Assembly (NCBI GenBank): GCA_047602425.1
Contig: JASGHG010000001.1
Location: 3,392,001 to 3,456,000 of the forward strand
From: Nibricoccus sp.
GTDB taxonomy: Bacteria; Verrucomicrobiota; Verrucomicrobiia; Opitutales; Opitutaceae
DNA: 64,000 nucleotides
Direction: 5' to 3'
Part shown: piece by piece, positions 1 to 9,058 of the stretch
How the letters are laid out: each line of letters opens with the position of its first letter
Position numbering within the stretch: position 1 is the first letter of the stretch
Program-made: the position numbers and the translations under genes
Notes under the pieces: model-generated
Database searches by the model: none
Told to the model about the DNA's origin: nothing
The model's input: the letters and a program-made list of their open reading frames with translations, nothing else

Positions 1-2
1 CC

Positions 3-170
3 TACGAGACGGATGCCGGCGTGATTTTATATCGCGGTTACTACCACCGTTATTGGTGCGATCCGTTTTATTATCCCTATTACGCTAGTTATGGTAACCG
101 CCGGGATCGCGAATACCTGAAGGTGGTCTTCACCGAAGGCCGCGTTTCGTTGATCGAAAAACAAACCTGA
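3..170 (+). CDS. 3' end of a hypothetical protein (Tyr-rich; possibly a small lipoprotein), truncated by the window edge
   Basis: Open frame reading YETDAGVILYRGYYHRYWCDPFYYPYYASYGNRRDREYLKVVFTEGRVSLIEKQT, ending at TGA 168-170. Confidence 0.6.
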   Translation, partial: YETDAGVILYRGYYHRYWCDPFYYPYYASYGNRRDREYLKVVFTEGRVSLIEKQT

Positions 171-376
171 TGCCGCCCGTCCGGTCTCCTTTCAGAGAGC
201 TTGATTGCAAGGTTTGCAGTTGACGCCAACGCGAGTCGTCCCAAAGGGCCGTGCCCCGTCCGCAATTCAATGGCTTAGGCTTTGAAAATGGTTCGGTCGG
301 AGGCACGGCATGCCGGAAAAAGTTAAAACATCGACCGGCCCATCTATCAGTTAGATGGTTTTAAGTTTAAAGGCAC

Positions 377-408
377 AAAAAAGGCTGCGACGTGGATCGC
401 AGCCTTTT
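377..408. terminator. Bidirectional rho-independent terminator
   Basis: AAAAGGCTGCGA-cgtgga-TCGCAGCCTTTT perfect hairpin with A/T tracts, lying between convergent genes. Confidence 0.85.
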
Positions 409-428
409 GAATTTTAAATCGAAGCGTC

Positions 429-3206
429 TTATTCGGCGCTGATCTTGAACGGAATCGTCACGCGGGAACGTGCGGGCTTGCCGCGAACGGCGCCGGGTTT
501 GAAGCGCCACTTGGTCGCAGCAGCCAGGCAGGCTTTGCCGAAGGCAGGGCTCGAAGCCTGTTCGACTTTGAGGTCGGTCGGGATGCCGTCCTTGCCAACC
601 ACGAGCGAGATGAGCGCTGAGCCGCCTTCGGCGCGCTGACTCGTCGAGAGATCGGGATCAGCTTGTGCGATCGGAGTCGGACGCTCGTCGAGTTCGCTCA
701 ACTTCATCACGCGATCCGAATCCTGCATGAGGCCGTTGAGCGTAAGGGTCTTTCCGCTCTCAACTTTACCAGTTAGCGTAACTGGGTCGCAGCCGCGGTA
801 GGTGAGGGTAAAGCTCACGTTGCCGGGCGGGATGCCGTTGATCGTATGAGGCGTGGTGCCGATTTTGACTTGGTTGTCGCGGAGAATTTCAGCGCCTTGC
901 GGGTTGCTGTTGATGACGACCGTGCCACCGGAGAACTCGCCATTCACGCGGCTCGAACCGTTGCGTTCGACCGTGACGGTTGTGGTGTAGGCTGGCCAAT
1001 TTGGACGGCTGATTGTCACCTGATAGGATCCGACGGGCAGACCGGTGAGGGACGCAGGTGTCTGACCTGTACGCACGTCACTCGGATTGAAGAACAGCGT
1101 GCCGGCAGGTTTAACCTCGTAAGCGAGGTTGCTCGGATCGCTGCTCAGTTCGATGGCACCCACCTGACGTTTCAGGACAACGGTGCCGAGATCGGTCGTT
1201 TCCTTGTCTTTGATCTCGAAGGTACGGGTTTCGCTATCGTAACCCGGCATCGAAATGGTCGCGGTGTAGGGCCCGAGGCGCATGTCCTTGATGGTAAGGG
1301 GCGCGGTCTTGGTGCCGTAAATATCCACATTAACGGAGGCGCCAGCGGGGTCGGTGGCAACCACGAGAATACCGCGGCCGTAAATGAACTTGTTGCGCTC
1401 CTCGTCCTGACGTTTGCGCAATTCCTCAAGTTCACGCGCACGTTTGATCTCGGCTTCTTTTTCAGCCAGTTCGCGTGCTTTGCGTTCTTCGTCAGCCTTG
1501 CGTTGTTGTTCGGCGAGCTCGCGTTCCTTGGCCTTGATTTTGGCCTCGGTTTCAACGCGGATGCGCTCACGCTCCTTGGCTTCGGCCTCGGCCTTGCTCT
1601 TGCCGCTGATCATGAAGAACGCAGCGACGCCGATGACGGCGGCCACGCCGATCACGATCGGAATCAGCATATTGCTCTTCTTGGGCGGGAAAGGGGCCGC
1701 GGTGGCGGGCTTGGAGCCGCCGCTGACGACCGGAGCCGGGGAGGGTTTGGCGGCAGGAGCTGGTTTGGCCGGCTCGGGCTTCGGAGAGGGCTTCGCTGCG
1801 GGGGCCGGCGCAGCGGGCTTGGCTGCGGCGGCGGGTTTGGCGGGCTCAGCTGGTTTGGCTTGGGCGGGCGGGGTGCCAGCCGGTTTGGCCGGCGGCGTGG
1901 CGGGCTTGGCCGGCTCCGCCGGTTTGGCGGGCGGAGTAATGACAACCGCGGGTTTCGCCGGCGCAGGGGGCGTGGCGGGCTTGGCGGGGGGCGTTGCGGC
2001 CTTGGGCGGGTCTTGAATGATGGCCGGGATCACCGCGGGCTTGGCGGGTTCGGCTGGTTTTGCGGGGGCGGCGGGCTTGGCCGGCTCCGGAAGGATGGCC
2101 GGGATCACCGCGGGAGGCGGCGTCGCGGGTTTGGCCGGGGTCGGCTCGATCAAGATCGCCGGGATGATCGGAGCTGCGGCGACCGGAGTATTGGTAAGAA
2201 TGGGATTCCACGGGCGGACACCGCCCGGTTGGGCGAATTCGTGGGTGGCAACAGCATTGAGCACACCGAGCCACGAGGGAGAAATGTCAGCCGCGCTGAG
2301 GCCCGCGCCGAACGCGAGGCCGCGACCGCTGGCCCATGCGGAGATATCAGGCGCGAATGGCGCGAGGCCGGTGCTTTTCGCGAGAGCTTGATTGATCCAG
2401 GCCTGGCGGGCGAGAAGGCCGGCGCAAACAAACTGGGCGGGATTGCCAAGGCCGGGGAGCGCGCCTTTGATGGCGGTGGCAAGTGGTTCGACGATGGCGG
2501 TGGAGGTTTCGCTGAAATCGTACGAATCGTTAAACATCAGACGGCCGGCGGAGCCCTTGAACTTCAGGCCGAGGGCGGTCTGGGTGGAACCAGCGAGTGT
2601 ATCCAAGCCGACCGGTACGGTGGCCAGTGCGGTCACGCCCTGGCTCGATATCGCGATCAGGGTCGAATTGTTTTCCGAAACCTCGACGAGGAGGACGGTG
2701 TTCGTTTTCGCCGCGGTGGAGATGGCGCCTGCCAGGGTGAGCGGTGCGGATTGGCAGCGAACGAGTTCAAAGGTCCAACCGCGGAGCTTGCCGAGGGATT
2801 CTTCCGTGTTGGTGGAAGGCGAGGCGTCGAGCGCCCAGCGTGCACCGCCTTGGGGAACGAGTCCAGTGCCGGCGCCGAACCAAGCCCAATTGGCGGGCAT
2901 GTTTTCCGCGCCCAGTGTGGTCCGGAGAAAGTTTTCGACCGCGTCGGGAGTGGCGACGCTCTTGCCTTGGGCGGCATCGGCCAGAAGGGTGCTGCGAGCT
3001 TTAAGGCGGAGCAGGGCGGTGGCTTTGGACCCGCCGCCGGCAGGGCGCAGCTCGTTGATCACGGCATCGGTTGCCGCCGAATCGCCAAGCCATACTTCCT
3101 TGATGGCCTCGATGGTGCGGGGCTTGGGGCCAAGAGTGGCTCGGGCAATTACCAAATTATATTCACCCAGTTCGACGAAGAATCCGATAGAGTCTGAAGC
3201 GCTCAT
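429..3206 (-). CDS. TonB-family fusion protein: degenerate PilM/FtsA (actin-like) N-domain, Pro/Ala-rich linker, TM helix, coiled coil, PEGA domains, TonB C-terminal domain
   Basis: C-terminus has a TonB_C pattern (ISLVVGKDG...AAATKWRFKPG...VTIPF). PEGA-type starts: VATDPAGASV, LSSDPSN, INSNPQGAEI. TM segment LIPIVIGVAAVIGVAAFFMI and PAKPA repeats. N-terminal FFVELGEY and LLVEVSENNSTL motifs resemble PilM. Confidence 0.8.
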   Translation of the reverse strand: MSASDSIGFFVELGEYNLVIARATLGPKPRTIEAIKEVWLGDSAATDAVINELRPAGGGSKATALLRLKARSTLLADAAQGKSVATPDAVENFLRTTLGAENMPANWAWFGAGTGLVPQGGARWALDASPSTNTEESLGKLRGWTFELVRCQSAPLTLAGAISTAAKTNTVLLVEVSENNSTLIAISSQGVTALATVPVGLDTLAGSTQTALGLKFKGSAGRLMFNDSYDFSETSTAIVEPLATAIKGALPGLGNPAQFVCAGLLARQAWINQALAKSTGLAPFAPDISAWASGRGLAFGAGLSAADISPSWLGVLNAVATHEFAQPGGVRPWNPILTNTPVAAAPIIPAILIEPTPAKPATPPPAVIPAILPEPAKPAAPAKPAEPAKPAVIPAIIQDPPKAATPPAKPATPPAPAKPAVVITPPAKPAEPAKPATPPAKPAGTPPAQAKPAEPAKPAAAAKPAAPAPAAKPSPKPEPAKPAPAAKPSPAPVVSGGSKPATAAPFPPKKSNMLIPIVIGVAAVIGVAAFFMISGKSKAEAEAKERERIRVETEAKIKAKERELAEQQRKADEERKARELAEKEAEIKRARELEELRKRQDEERNKFIYGRGILVVATDPAGASVNVDIYGTKTAPLTIKDMRLGPYTATISMPGYDSETRTFEIKDKETTDLGTVVLKRQVGAIELSSDPSNLAYEVKPAGTLFFNPSDVRTGQTPASLTGLPVGSYQVTISRPNWPAYTTTVTVERNGSSRVNGEFSGGTVVINSNPQGAEILRDNQVKIGTTPHTINGIPPGNVSFTLTYRGCDPVTLTGKVESGKTLTLNGLMQDSDRVMKLSELDERPTPIAQADPDLSTSQRAEGGSALISLVVGKDGIPTDLKVEQASSPAFGKACLAAATKWRFKPGAVRGKPARSRVTIPFKISAE

Positions 3207-3415
3207 TATGTTGAAGATACGTAGAAAGCTTTTTAGAAAAGAGGCCCGCCTGAGGCGTAATCTCTAAATAACTGCTGTAAAGGTAAAAGTCTTTGTGTCG
3301 TTGTTATTTTTTGAGTATAGGCTTGAAAGTCTGGTGAGGTAAAATCACCAGATTTACGAGAGATTGACGTTGTCTAGATTTCCCCTTCCGACAGAATGTA
3401 TTAACTGAAAGACCA

Positions 3416-6400
3416 GTGAGCGCCAAAATCCTGCTAGTTCAACACAGCGACATGCTTCGCCAAGCCAGATCTTTGATCTTTGGCGGGGCCTTTTTCCATG
3501 CATTGTCATTGCGAGAGGCATCACAGGTGAACGATTACTTGGCGCGTGAGACGGTGGACGTGATTTTGGCGGATTGTCGGGGGGCGGATGCAAATGGTTT
3601 GGATTTTGTTGAGGCATTACGCAAGGCTCAACCGCGTGCAAAAGTGATTCTTGTGGCCGATGGTTTGGATTTGCCCACGGTGGTTCGTGGCATCCGTCTG
3701 GGAGTTAAGGATGTGTTCCAACCACCGCTCGACATCGAGGCGATGACCAAGCGCATCACGGACTTTATCGCCAAAGGCGACGGCGCGGGCGAAGCGTTGC
3801 GCAACGCCGACTGGAGTTCACTCGAAGATTTCTTCCAAGGTGGCAGCGGCACTCCTGCCGCCGAGGTTGCAGCCAAGACTCCGCCGCCCAAAAAAGATCG
3901 CGCGAAACCGTCGTCTATTGAGAGCGACGCGGTGCGGGAAGAACTGGCCAAGGAACGCGCCACTCTTTCGACGGAACGCGCCCGCATTGCCGAGGAAGCC
4001 AAAAAGGTCGAGCAACGTGTTGCCGCGCTTGAAGCCGAGCGCGCCACCGTGGCGGCCAACATGGCCAAGCTCGCCGACATTCAAAAAGCCGAGGCAAAAC
4101 TCAAGCAGCGTGAAGACGCACTGGTTTCTGCTCAAGAACGTCTCCTGATGGATCAGGAGAAACTTGATGCCGAACAAGCGATGGTGAAACAAAATGCGGC
4201 GAAGAAAAAAGCCGACGACAGCGCCGCCGAAGCCGCCGAACGCAAGCGTTTGGAAGAGGAAAAAGAACGCCTTGCCGAGGAAAGCGCCGCTCTTGAGGCC
4301 GCCCGCAAGGAAATCGCCGGAGCCGAGAAAAAACTCGAAGAACTTCGCATCCTCCAAAAACAGCAGGACGCCGCGGCCAAGGCGCTCAAACAGGAGCGCG
4401 ACGCGCTCGCTGCCGAACAAGAGCAACTGGCCCAAGAACAGGCGAATCTGGCCGCAGCCCTCAAGGAGCTCGACCAAAAGCGCAAGGCTGGAGAAACCCG
4501 CCAAAAGGAAATTGAGAAGGAGCAGCAGCGTCTCTCTGACATGGAGGCCTCGCTCATGGCCGATCAGGCCGCGCAGAAGAAATCCGAGCAACGCATCGCC
4601 GCCGAACGCGCCGAACTTCAAACCCAACTAGATGCTGTAGCTAAACGCGAAGCCGGAATCCGCGAAAAAGAAAGCCAGGCCAAAGCCTCGGTCGACAAGG
4701 CCAAGGCCGATGCCGATGCTCTCGTGGCCAAGGTTCGCGCCGAAGTTGCCGCCGAACGCGCGGCGCTCGCCGATTCTGAAACCGCTGTGGTGGCCGAGCG
4801 GGCCAAGCTCAAGAAAGCCGAGCAGAAGCTCGCCGTCGAAAGCACCGAGGTTGAACAACAAGCCGCCCTGCTCGCCGACCGCGAAGCGGCCTTGGCTGCT
4901 CAAGAACAGCAGATCAAGGCCAAGATGAGCAAGGCCGAGTCCGAGGCCGCCGCCCTCGTGGCCAAAGCCAAGGCCGATGCCAACAAAGAGCAGGCCCGCC
5001 TCGCCGATGCCGAAGCGGCGATCGAAACCGAAAAGGTCGCTCTCAAACAGGCGCAGCAAAAACTTTCGACCGACCAAGATTCCTTTAAGAAAAACGCCGC
5101 CACCTTTGCCGAGCGCGAAACAGCTCTCGCCACTCGTGAAAAGACGCTTCGCGACGAACAGGCCAAGGCGAAGGTCGAATTTGAAGCGGCACAGGCAGAA
5201 GCCGCCGCCATTCTTAAGAAAGCCAAGGCCGACGCCGAACAGGAGCAGCGCAAAATCGCCGAAGGCGAAGCCGCCCTCGTCGCCGCCAAGGCCGCGCTCA
5301 AGAAATCCGAACAGCAGGTTGTCACCCAGCGCACTGAACTCGAGGAAATGGAAGCCTCGCTTTCGGAACGTGAAGTCCTGATCAAACAGCAAGAGACAAA
5401 AGCCAAGACCGCCGTCGACAAGGCACAGGCCGAGGCCGACGCACTGCTCAAGAAAGCCAAGGCCGACGCCGAAAAGGAACAGCTCAAGCTGGCTGAACTC
5501 GAGGAATCCATTCTCACCGAGAAAAACGCGCTCAAGCAAAACGAGCAGCGCCTCGCTGCGGAACAAGCCGCGCTCAAGAAAAAGGCCGACGAATTTGCCG
5601 CCCGCGAAACCGCGCTCCGCGAACAAGAGGCCAAGGCTAAAAGTGCGCTCGAAAAAGCGAACACCGAGGCATCTTCGATCATCGCCAAGGCGAAAGCCGA
5701 GGCCGACAAGGAGCAGCAGGCGCTCGCCGAGATGGAAGCGTCGCTCTCCGCCGAGAAGGAAACGCTCAAGAAAGCCGAACAGCATTACGCCAAGGAGCGC
5801 ATCGAAATTCAGACGCAGATGGATCAGCTCGGCGAACGCGAAGCCCTATTGATTGCCCGCGAGTCGAAACTCAAGCAGCAGGAGACGCAACTCGCCACGG
5901 CGCTCGACAAAGCCAAGGCCGAGGCCGACACCATTATCAAGAAAGCGAAAGCCGAAGCTGAAAAAGAACAGGCCAAGCTTGCAGAACTGGAAACGTCGAT
6001 CGCGACCGAGCGCGCCACGCTTAAGAAGAACGAACAGAAACTTCTCACGGAGCGCGCCGAGCTTGAAGAACATTTGGCCACGCTCGAAGTTGAGAAGAAG
6101 AAGCTCGCGACCGATCAGGCTGCGATGAAGAGGCTGGCCGACGAAGCTCGCGCCAAAGTCGAAGCCGAACTCAAAGCCGGCAAGGACGCTATTGCCAAGG
6201 AAAAGTCCGAGTTCGCCAAACAGCGTGTCATCGTCGAGGAAGAACTCGAAACAGCCCGCTTGTCGGTTTCGCAGACCGAGAAAAAACTCAAAGCCGATCA
6301 GGAAAAAATCGCCGCCACCGAGGCAAAGATCAAAGCCATGGAGGCCAAGGTCAAAGCCGAGCAGGAGGAAGTCGAACGCATTGGCGCGGAAGTCGAAGCC

Positions 6401-6691
6401 TCACAAGCCAAACTCAAGGCCGATCTCGCCAAGGTCGAAGCTGCCAACAAGAACTTTGCCAAGAAGGAAGCCGAACTCGCCGACATCGAGTCGAAGCTCC
6501 AACTCGAAGAAGGCCGCTTGAAAAAGGAAGCCGCGAAATTCGCCCAGGAACGCAGCCTGTGGGAAGCCGAAGTGGGTTCCTTCCAAGACGAGAAAAAGAA
6601 GTTCGTCGATGCCACGGCGCAGTTCGAAAAACGCCGCAAGCAGGTTCTCGAACAGGCCAAGGCCCTCTTGGAACGCGACGCCGCGGGTTGA
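3416..6691 (+). CDS. Pseudo-receiver (REC) domain protein with a very long repetitive coiled coil
   Basis: GTG start. N-terminal REC fold (KILLV...DVILAD...GLDFVEALRK...GVKDVFQPP) followed by about 900 aa of E/K/A-rich heptad sequence. Confidence 0.85.
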   Translation: MSAKILLVQHSDMLRQARSLIFGGAFFHALSLREASQVNDYLARETVDVILADCRGADANGLDFVEALRKAQPRAKVILVADGLDLPTVVRGIRLGVKDVFQPPLDIEAMTKRITDFIAKGDGAGEALRNADWSSLEDFFQGGSGTPAAEVAAKTPPPKKDRAKPSSIESDAVREELAKERATLSTERARIAEEAKKVEQRVAALEAERATVAANMAKLADIQKAEAKLKQREDALVSAQERLLMDQEKLDAEQAMVKQNAAKKKADDSAAEAAERKRLEEEKERLAEESAALEAARKEIAGAEKKLEELRILQKQQDAAAKALKQERDALAAEQEQLAQEQANLAAALKELDQKRKAGETRQKEIEKEQQRLSDMEASLMADQAAQKKSEQRIAAERAELQTQLDAVAKREAGIREKESQAKASVDKAKADADALVAKVRAEVAAERAALADSETAVVAERAKLKKAEQKLAVESTEVEQQAALLADREAALAAQEQQIKAKMSKAESEAAALVAKAKADANKEQARLADAEAAIETEKVALKQAQQKLSTDQDSFKKNAATFAERETALATREKTLRDEQAKAKVEFEAAQAEAAAILKKAKADAEQEQRKIAEGEAALVAAKAALKKSEQQVVTQRTELEEMEASLSEREVLIKQQETKAKTAVDKAQAEADALLKKAKADAEKEQLKLAELEESILTEKNALKQNEQRLAAEQAALKKKADEFAARETALREQEAKAKSALEKANTEASSIIAKAKAEADKEQQALAEMEASLSAEKETLKKAEQHYAKERIEIQTQMDQLGEREALLIARESKLKQQETQLATALDKAKAEADTIIKKAKAEAEKEQAKLAELETSIATERATLKKNEQKLLTERAELEEHLATLEVEKKKLATDQAAMKRLADEARAKVEAELKAGKDAIAKEKSEFAKQRVIVEEELETARLSVSQTEKKLKADQEKIAATEAKIKAMEAKVKAEQEEVERIGAEVEASQAKLKADLAKVEAANKNFAKKEAELADIESKLQLEEGRLKKEAAKFAQERSLWEAEVGSFQDEKKKFVDATAQFEKRRKQVLEQAKALLERDAAG

Positions 6692-6861
6692 GTTCTTCTT
6701 GGCGCACACAAGTGGTTTAGGCTGGCGCCGCTGCGCCGGCTCTAAAAGCGCATGTGGTCCAATGCGGTTCGGTTCGGTCGGTTGGGCGCAGGAAAAACAC
6801 ACGTGTCTGATTTTGCTCTCGCGCAAAATCCTCCGTGGGTGTTGAACGGAGATCCCCACAC

Positions 6862-8718
6862 ATGAGCTCCATCAACCGATTCCTCCTCCAAAACAACCTC
6901 CGCATCTCCACCAATCCCTGTGTTAGTCCCGACTTCTGCCTCGATTGGCCTGCGCTCAGCGCGAAGTTGGTCAGCGGCGCGACGGTGAAGGTCTGGCCGA
7001 AGAGCCAGTTTACCACCGCGGCCGGCAAGTGGACGTTGCTCGAAGATCCTTTCAACGGCGATTGTGCCTGGAAACTGGTTCCTAAAACCGGCACCGGCCT
7101 CAAGGTTCTCGCGGAAGGCGTGAAAATCAAAGGAGGCGCGGTTTTCCCTGCGACTTTCTCGAACCTGCTTGTATTGAAAAACCTGGTACAAAAAGCCGAC
7201 CCGGAATCGACGATCTTCGCGACGGCCGGCCAGAAGCTCGGCCAGAGCACGCTCGGCATCGGCGCACGCATGACCACGCTGCACTGGCCCGCGGTCGAAT
7301 GGGCAATGAGCACGCTCGGCATTGGTGTTACCGCCAACCAGAATTCCATTCCGCGCGAACTCGTTTACGACGTGAACTCGATGCTCGACGGCAAACTCGA
7401 CACGGTGCCATTTCCGTTTATCGGCACCAATGTTCCGGAAGGCCATCAGGGGCAGAGCGTCGAGGGCATGAGCCACGGTTGCGTGTTGTCGAAACTGAAA
7501 ACAGGCTTCCACAAGCGCGGCATTGCTTGGAGCTTCAACGCCGACCACCAGCCGATCGGCGGCAAATTCGACGTGCGTGAAGACCAACTTGTCACCGGCT
7601 GTGTGCTCGCGAGCTATATCACTTTCGATCTTTCGCCTGAACTTGCGCAGACCAAAGTGCCGGACGATGCCGCCGGTTGGGTCAAGGCGAACGTGCCCAC
7701 CGACCTTGTCGAAAAGGTTAAGGCGCGCGTCGCTTCTGTCGGCCTTACGGTCAATGAAACCGATCTGGCGAAGCTGCTCGCGTACGTCTGGCCCGCGGTG
7801 AAAAAGATGAAGGTGCGCGACGAAAAATATGCCGCGGCTCGCGCGAAACTTTTCACCACGAAAGTTGGCCGCACGTACCTGCGTGAACTTTCAATCGACG
7901 AACTGCCCGGCCTCACCACGCCGGAAACGACTGCCACCATGCTTTCGCTCTGCGAAGCGCTGGACATGAAGATCAACTTTGTCGCTCCAGCATTTGGCTT
8001 CCAGAAAAACATGCCTTATCCGGACAATGTCGCGCTGAAGGCGCTCATCGAGAAGCAGTGGGACGTCTGCAAAAAGTTCGGTTCCAGCATCGGTTTTCAC
8101 TCGGGCTCCGGCAAATCGGCGGAGAACTATCAAGTCATGGGTCAGGTCACCGGCAGCAACCTGGAGATCAAGACCAGCGGCCGTTATACCTATGAACTGG
8201 GTCGGGCTCTGTTTGCCTCGACCAGCGCTGCGGACCAGATGCTCTGGAGCGATTGGTACAAATTTACCGTTGAACTCGCCCTCAAGGGCGTTTTCAGCGC
8301 CGATGCCACTGAGCAGAAGATGGCACGGATCTTCGTGGTCGACGCCCTCAGCAAATCCGGCAAGCCCACCGAGGTATTCGCCAGCGAAGCGACCGCTCGC
8401 GCGGCGATCGAGGCATTGAAGCCGAGTCCGGAGCATATGTTCTGGTTCGAGTACAACTTTCTCTTCATCCTCGCCGGCGGCGGCAAAGCAGAGAAGAGCG
8501 CGCTGGGCGATCATTCGCCAGCTGGTTACCAGCAGCGCGCGCGGTTCTACTCGATCAGCGATGAAGGCCGTCTGAATTTCCTGAAGAATATCGCGAGCTA
8601 CATCGTTTTCCTGGCGGAGAACACCGCGCTGGCTTCCAAGAAAGTCTGCGCCGACGCCAAGAAAAAACTCGCCAGCTACAAAACGCTCGAAGCGATGCTG
8701 GACGGCGTGGCCAAGTAA
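6862..8718 (+). CDS. uxaE: Divergent tagaturonate/fructuronate epimerase (UxaE)-like protein
   Basis: Ordered motifs TLGIGAR, NQNSIPRE, FNADH, ITFDLS, ELSIDE, FHSGSGK and EIKTSG match the UxaE pattern. ATG at 6862 is in frame with the ORF. Confidence 0.65.
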   Translation: MSSINRFLLQNNLRISTNPCVSPDFCLDWPALSAKLVSGATVKVWPKSQFTTAAGKWTLLEDPFNGDCAWKLVPKTGTGLKVLAEGVKIKGGAVFPATFSNLLVLKNLVQKADPESTIFATAGQKLGQSTLGIGARMTTLHWPAVEWAMSTLGIGVTANQNSIPRELVYDVNSMLDGKLDTVPFPFIGTNVPEGHQGQSVEGMSHGCVLSKLKTGFHKRGIAWSFNADHQPIGGKFDVREDQLVTGCVLASYITFDLSPELAQTKVPDDAAGWVKANVPTDLVEKVKARVASVGLTVNETDLAKLLAYVWPAVKKMKVRDEKYAAARAKLFTTKVGRTYLRELSIDELPGLTTPETTATMLSLCEALDMKINFVAPAFGFQKNMPYPDNVALKALIEKQWDVCKKFGSSIGFHSGSGKSAENYQVMGQVTGSNLEIKTSGRYTYELGRALFASTSAADQMLWSDWYKFTVELALKGVFSADATEQKMARIFVVDALSKSGKPTEVFASEATARAAIEALKPSPEHMFWFEYNFLFILAGGGKAEKSALGDHSPAGYQQRARFYSISDEGRLNFLKNIASYIVFLAENTALASKKVCADAKKKLASYKTLEAMLDGVAK

Positions 8719-8740
8719 GCGCAACCACCGTTTCCACCAC

Positions 8741-8772
8741 AAAGGCCGGACGATTTGTCCGGCCTTTTTTTT
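8741..8772 (+). terminator. Rho-independent terminator
   Basis: AAAGGCCGGAC-gattt-GTCCGGCC followed by TTTTTTTT, just after the uxaE-like stop. Confidence 0.9.
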
Positions 8773-9058
8773 ATGCGCGCACTATGGAGTGCCAGCTTGA
8801 GTTCAAGCGGAACGAATTGGGTGCTTGATATTGAGACGGACGACGGGTGCCAACCTGTTGAAGCCGGATTTTTTGAGGCTGACCTCACCGCCGTACTTAG
8901 GCGGTTGTGGCTTTTAAGTTTTTGAATTCACTGAGTATCGCTGGAAATGTCGGTTTTTATAACGTTTGCCTGCGCTTACTTAGGCCATGCTGACGGGATG
9001 CGATGTCGGGCGGGGTTATATTCATAGAGGCATAGATAAATTTAACCCAACTTCCCCA

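Noticed and set aside
846..3197. 783-aa Gly/Arg-rich plus-strand ORF
   Set aside because: Mirror frame of the Pro/Ala-rich TonB fusion; its composition is explained by the antisense codons.
3416..6691. Calling this protein TolA, SMC or a tape-measure protein
   Set aside because: No TM anchor, Walker motifs, hinge or phage context; the similarity would be compositional only.
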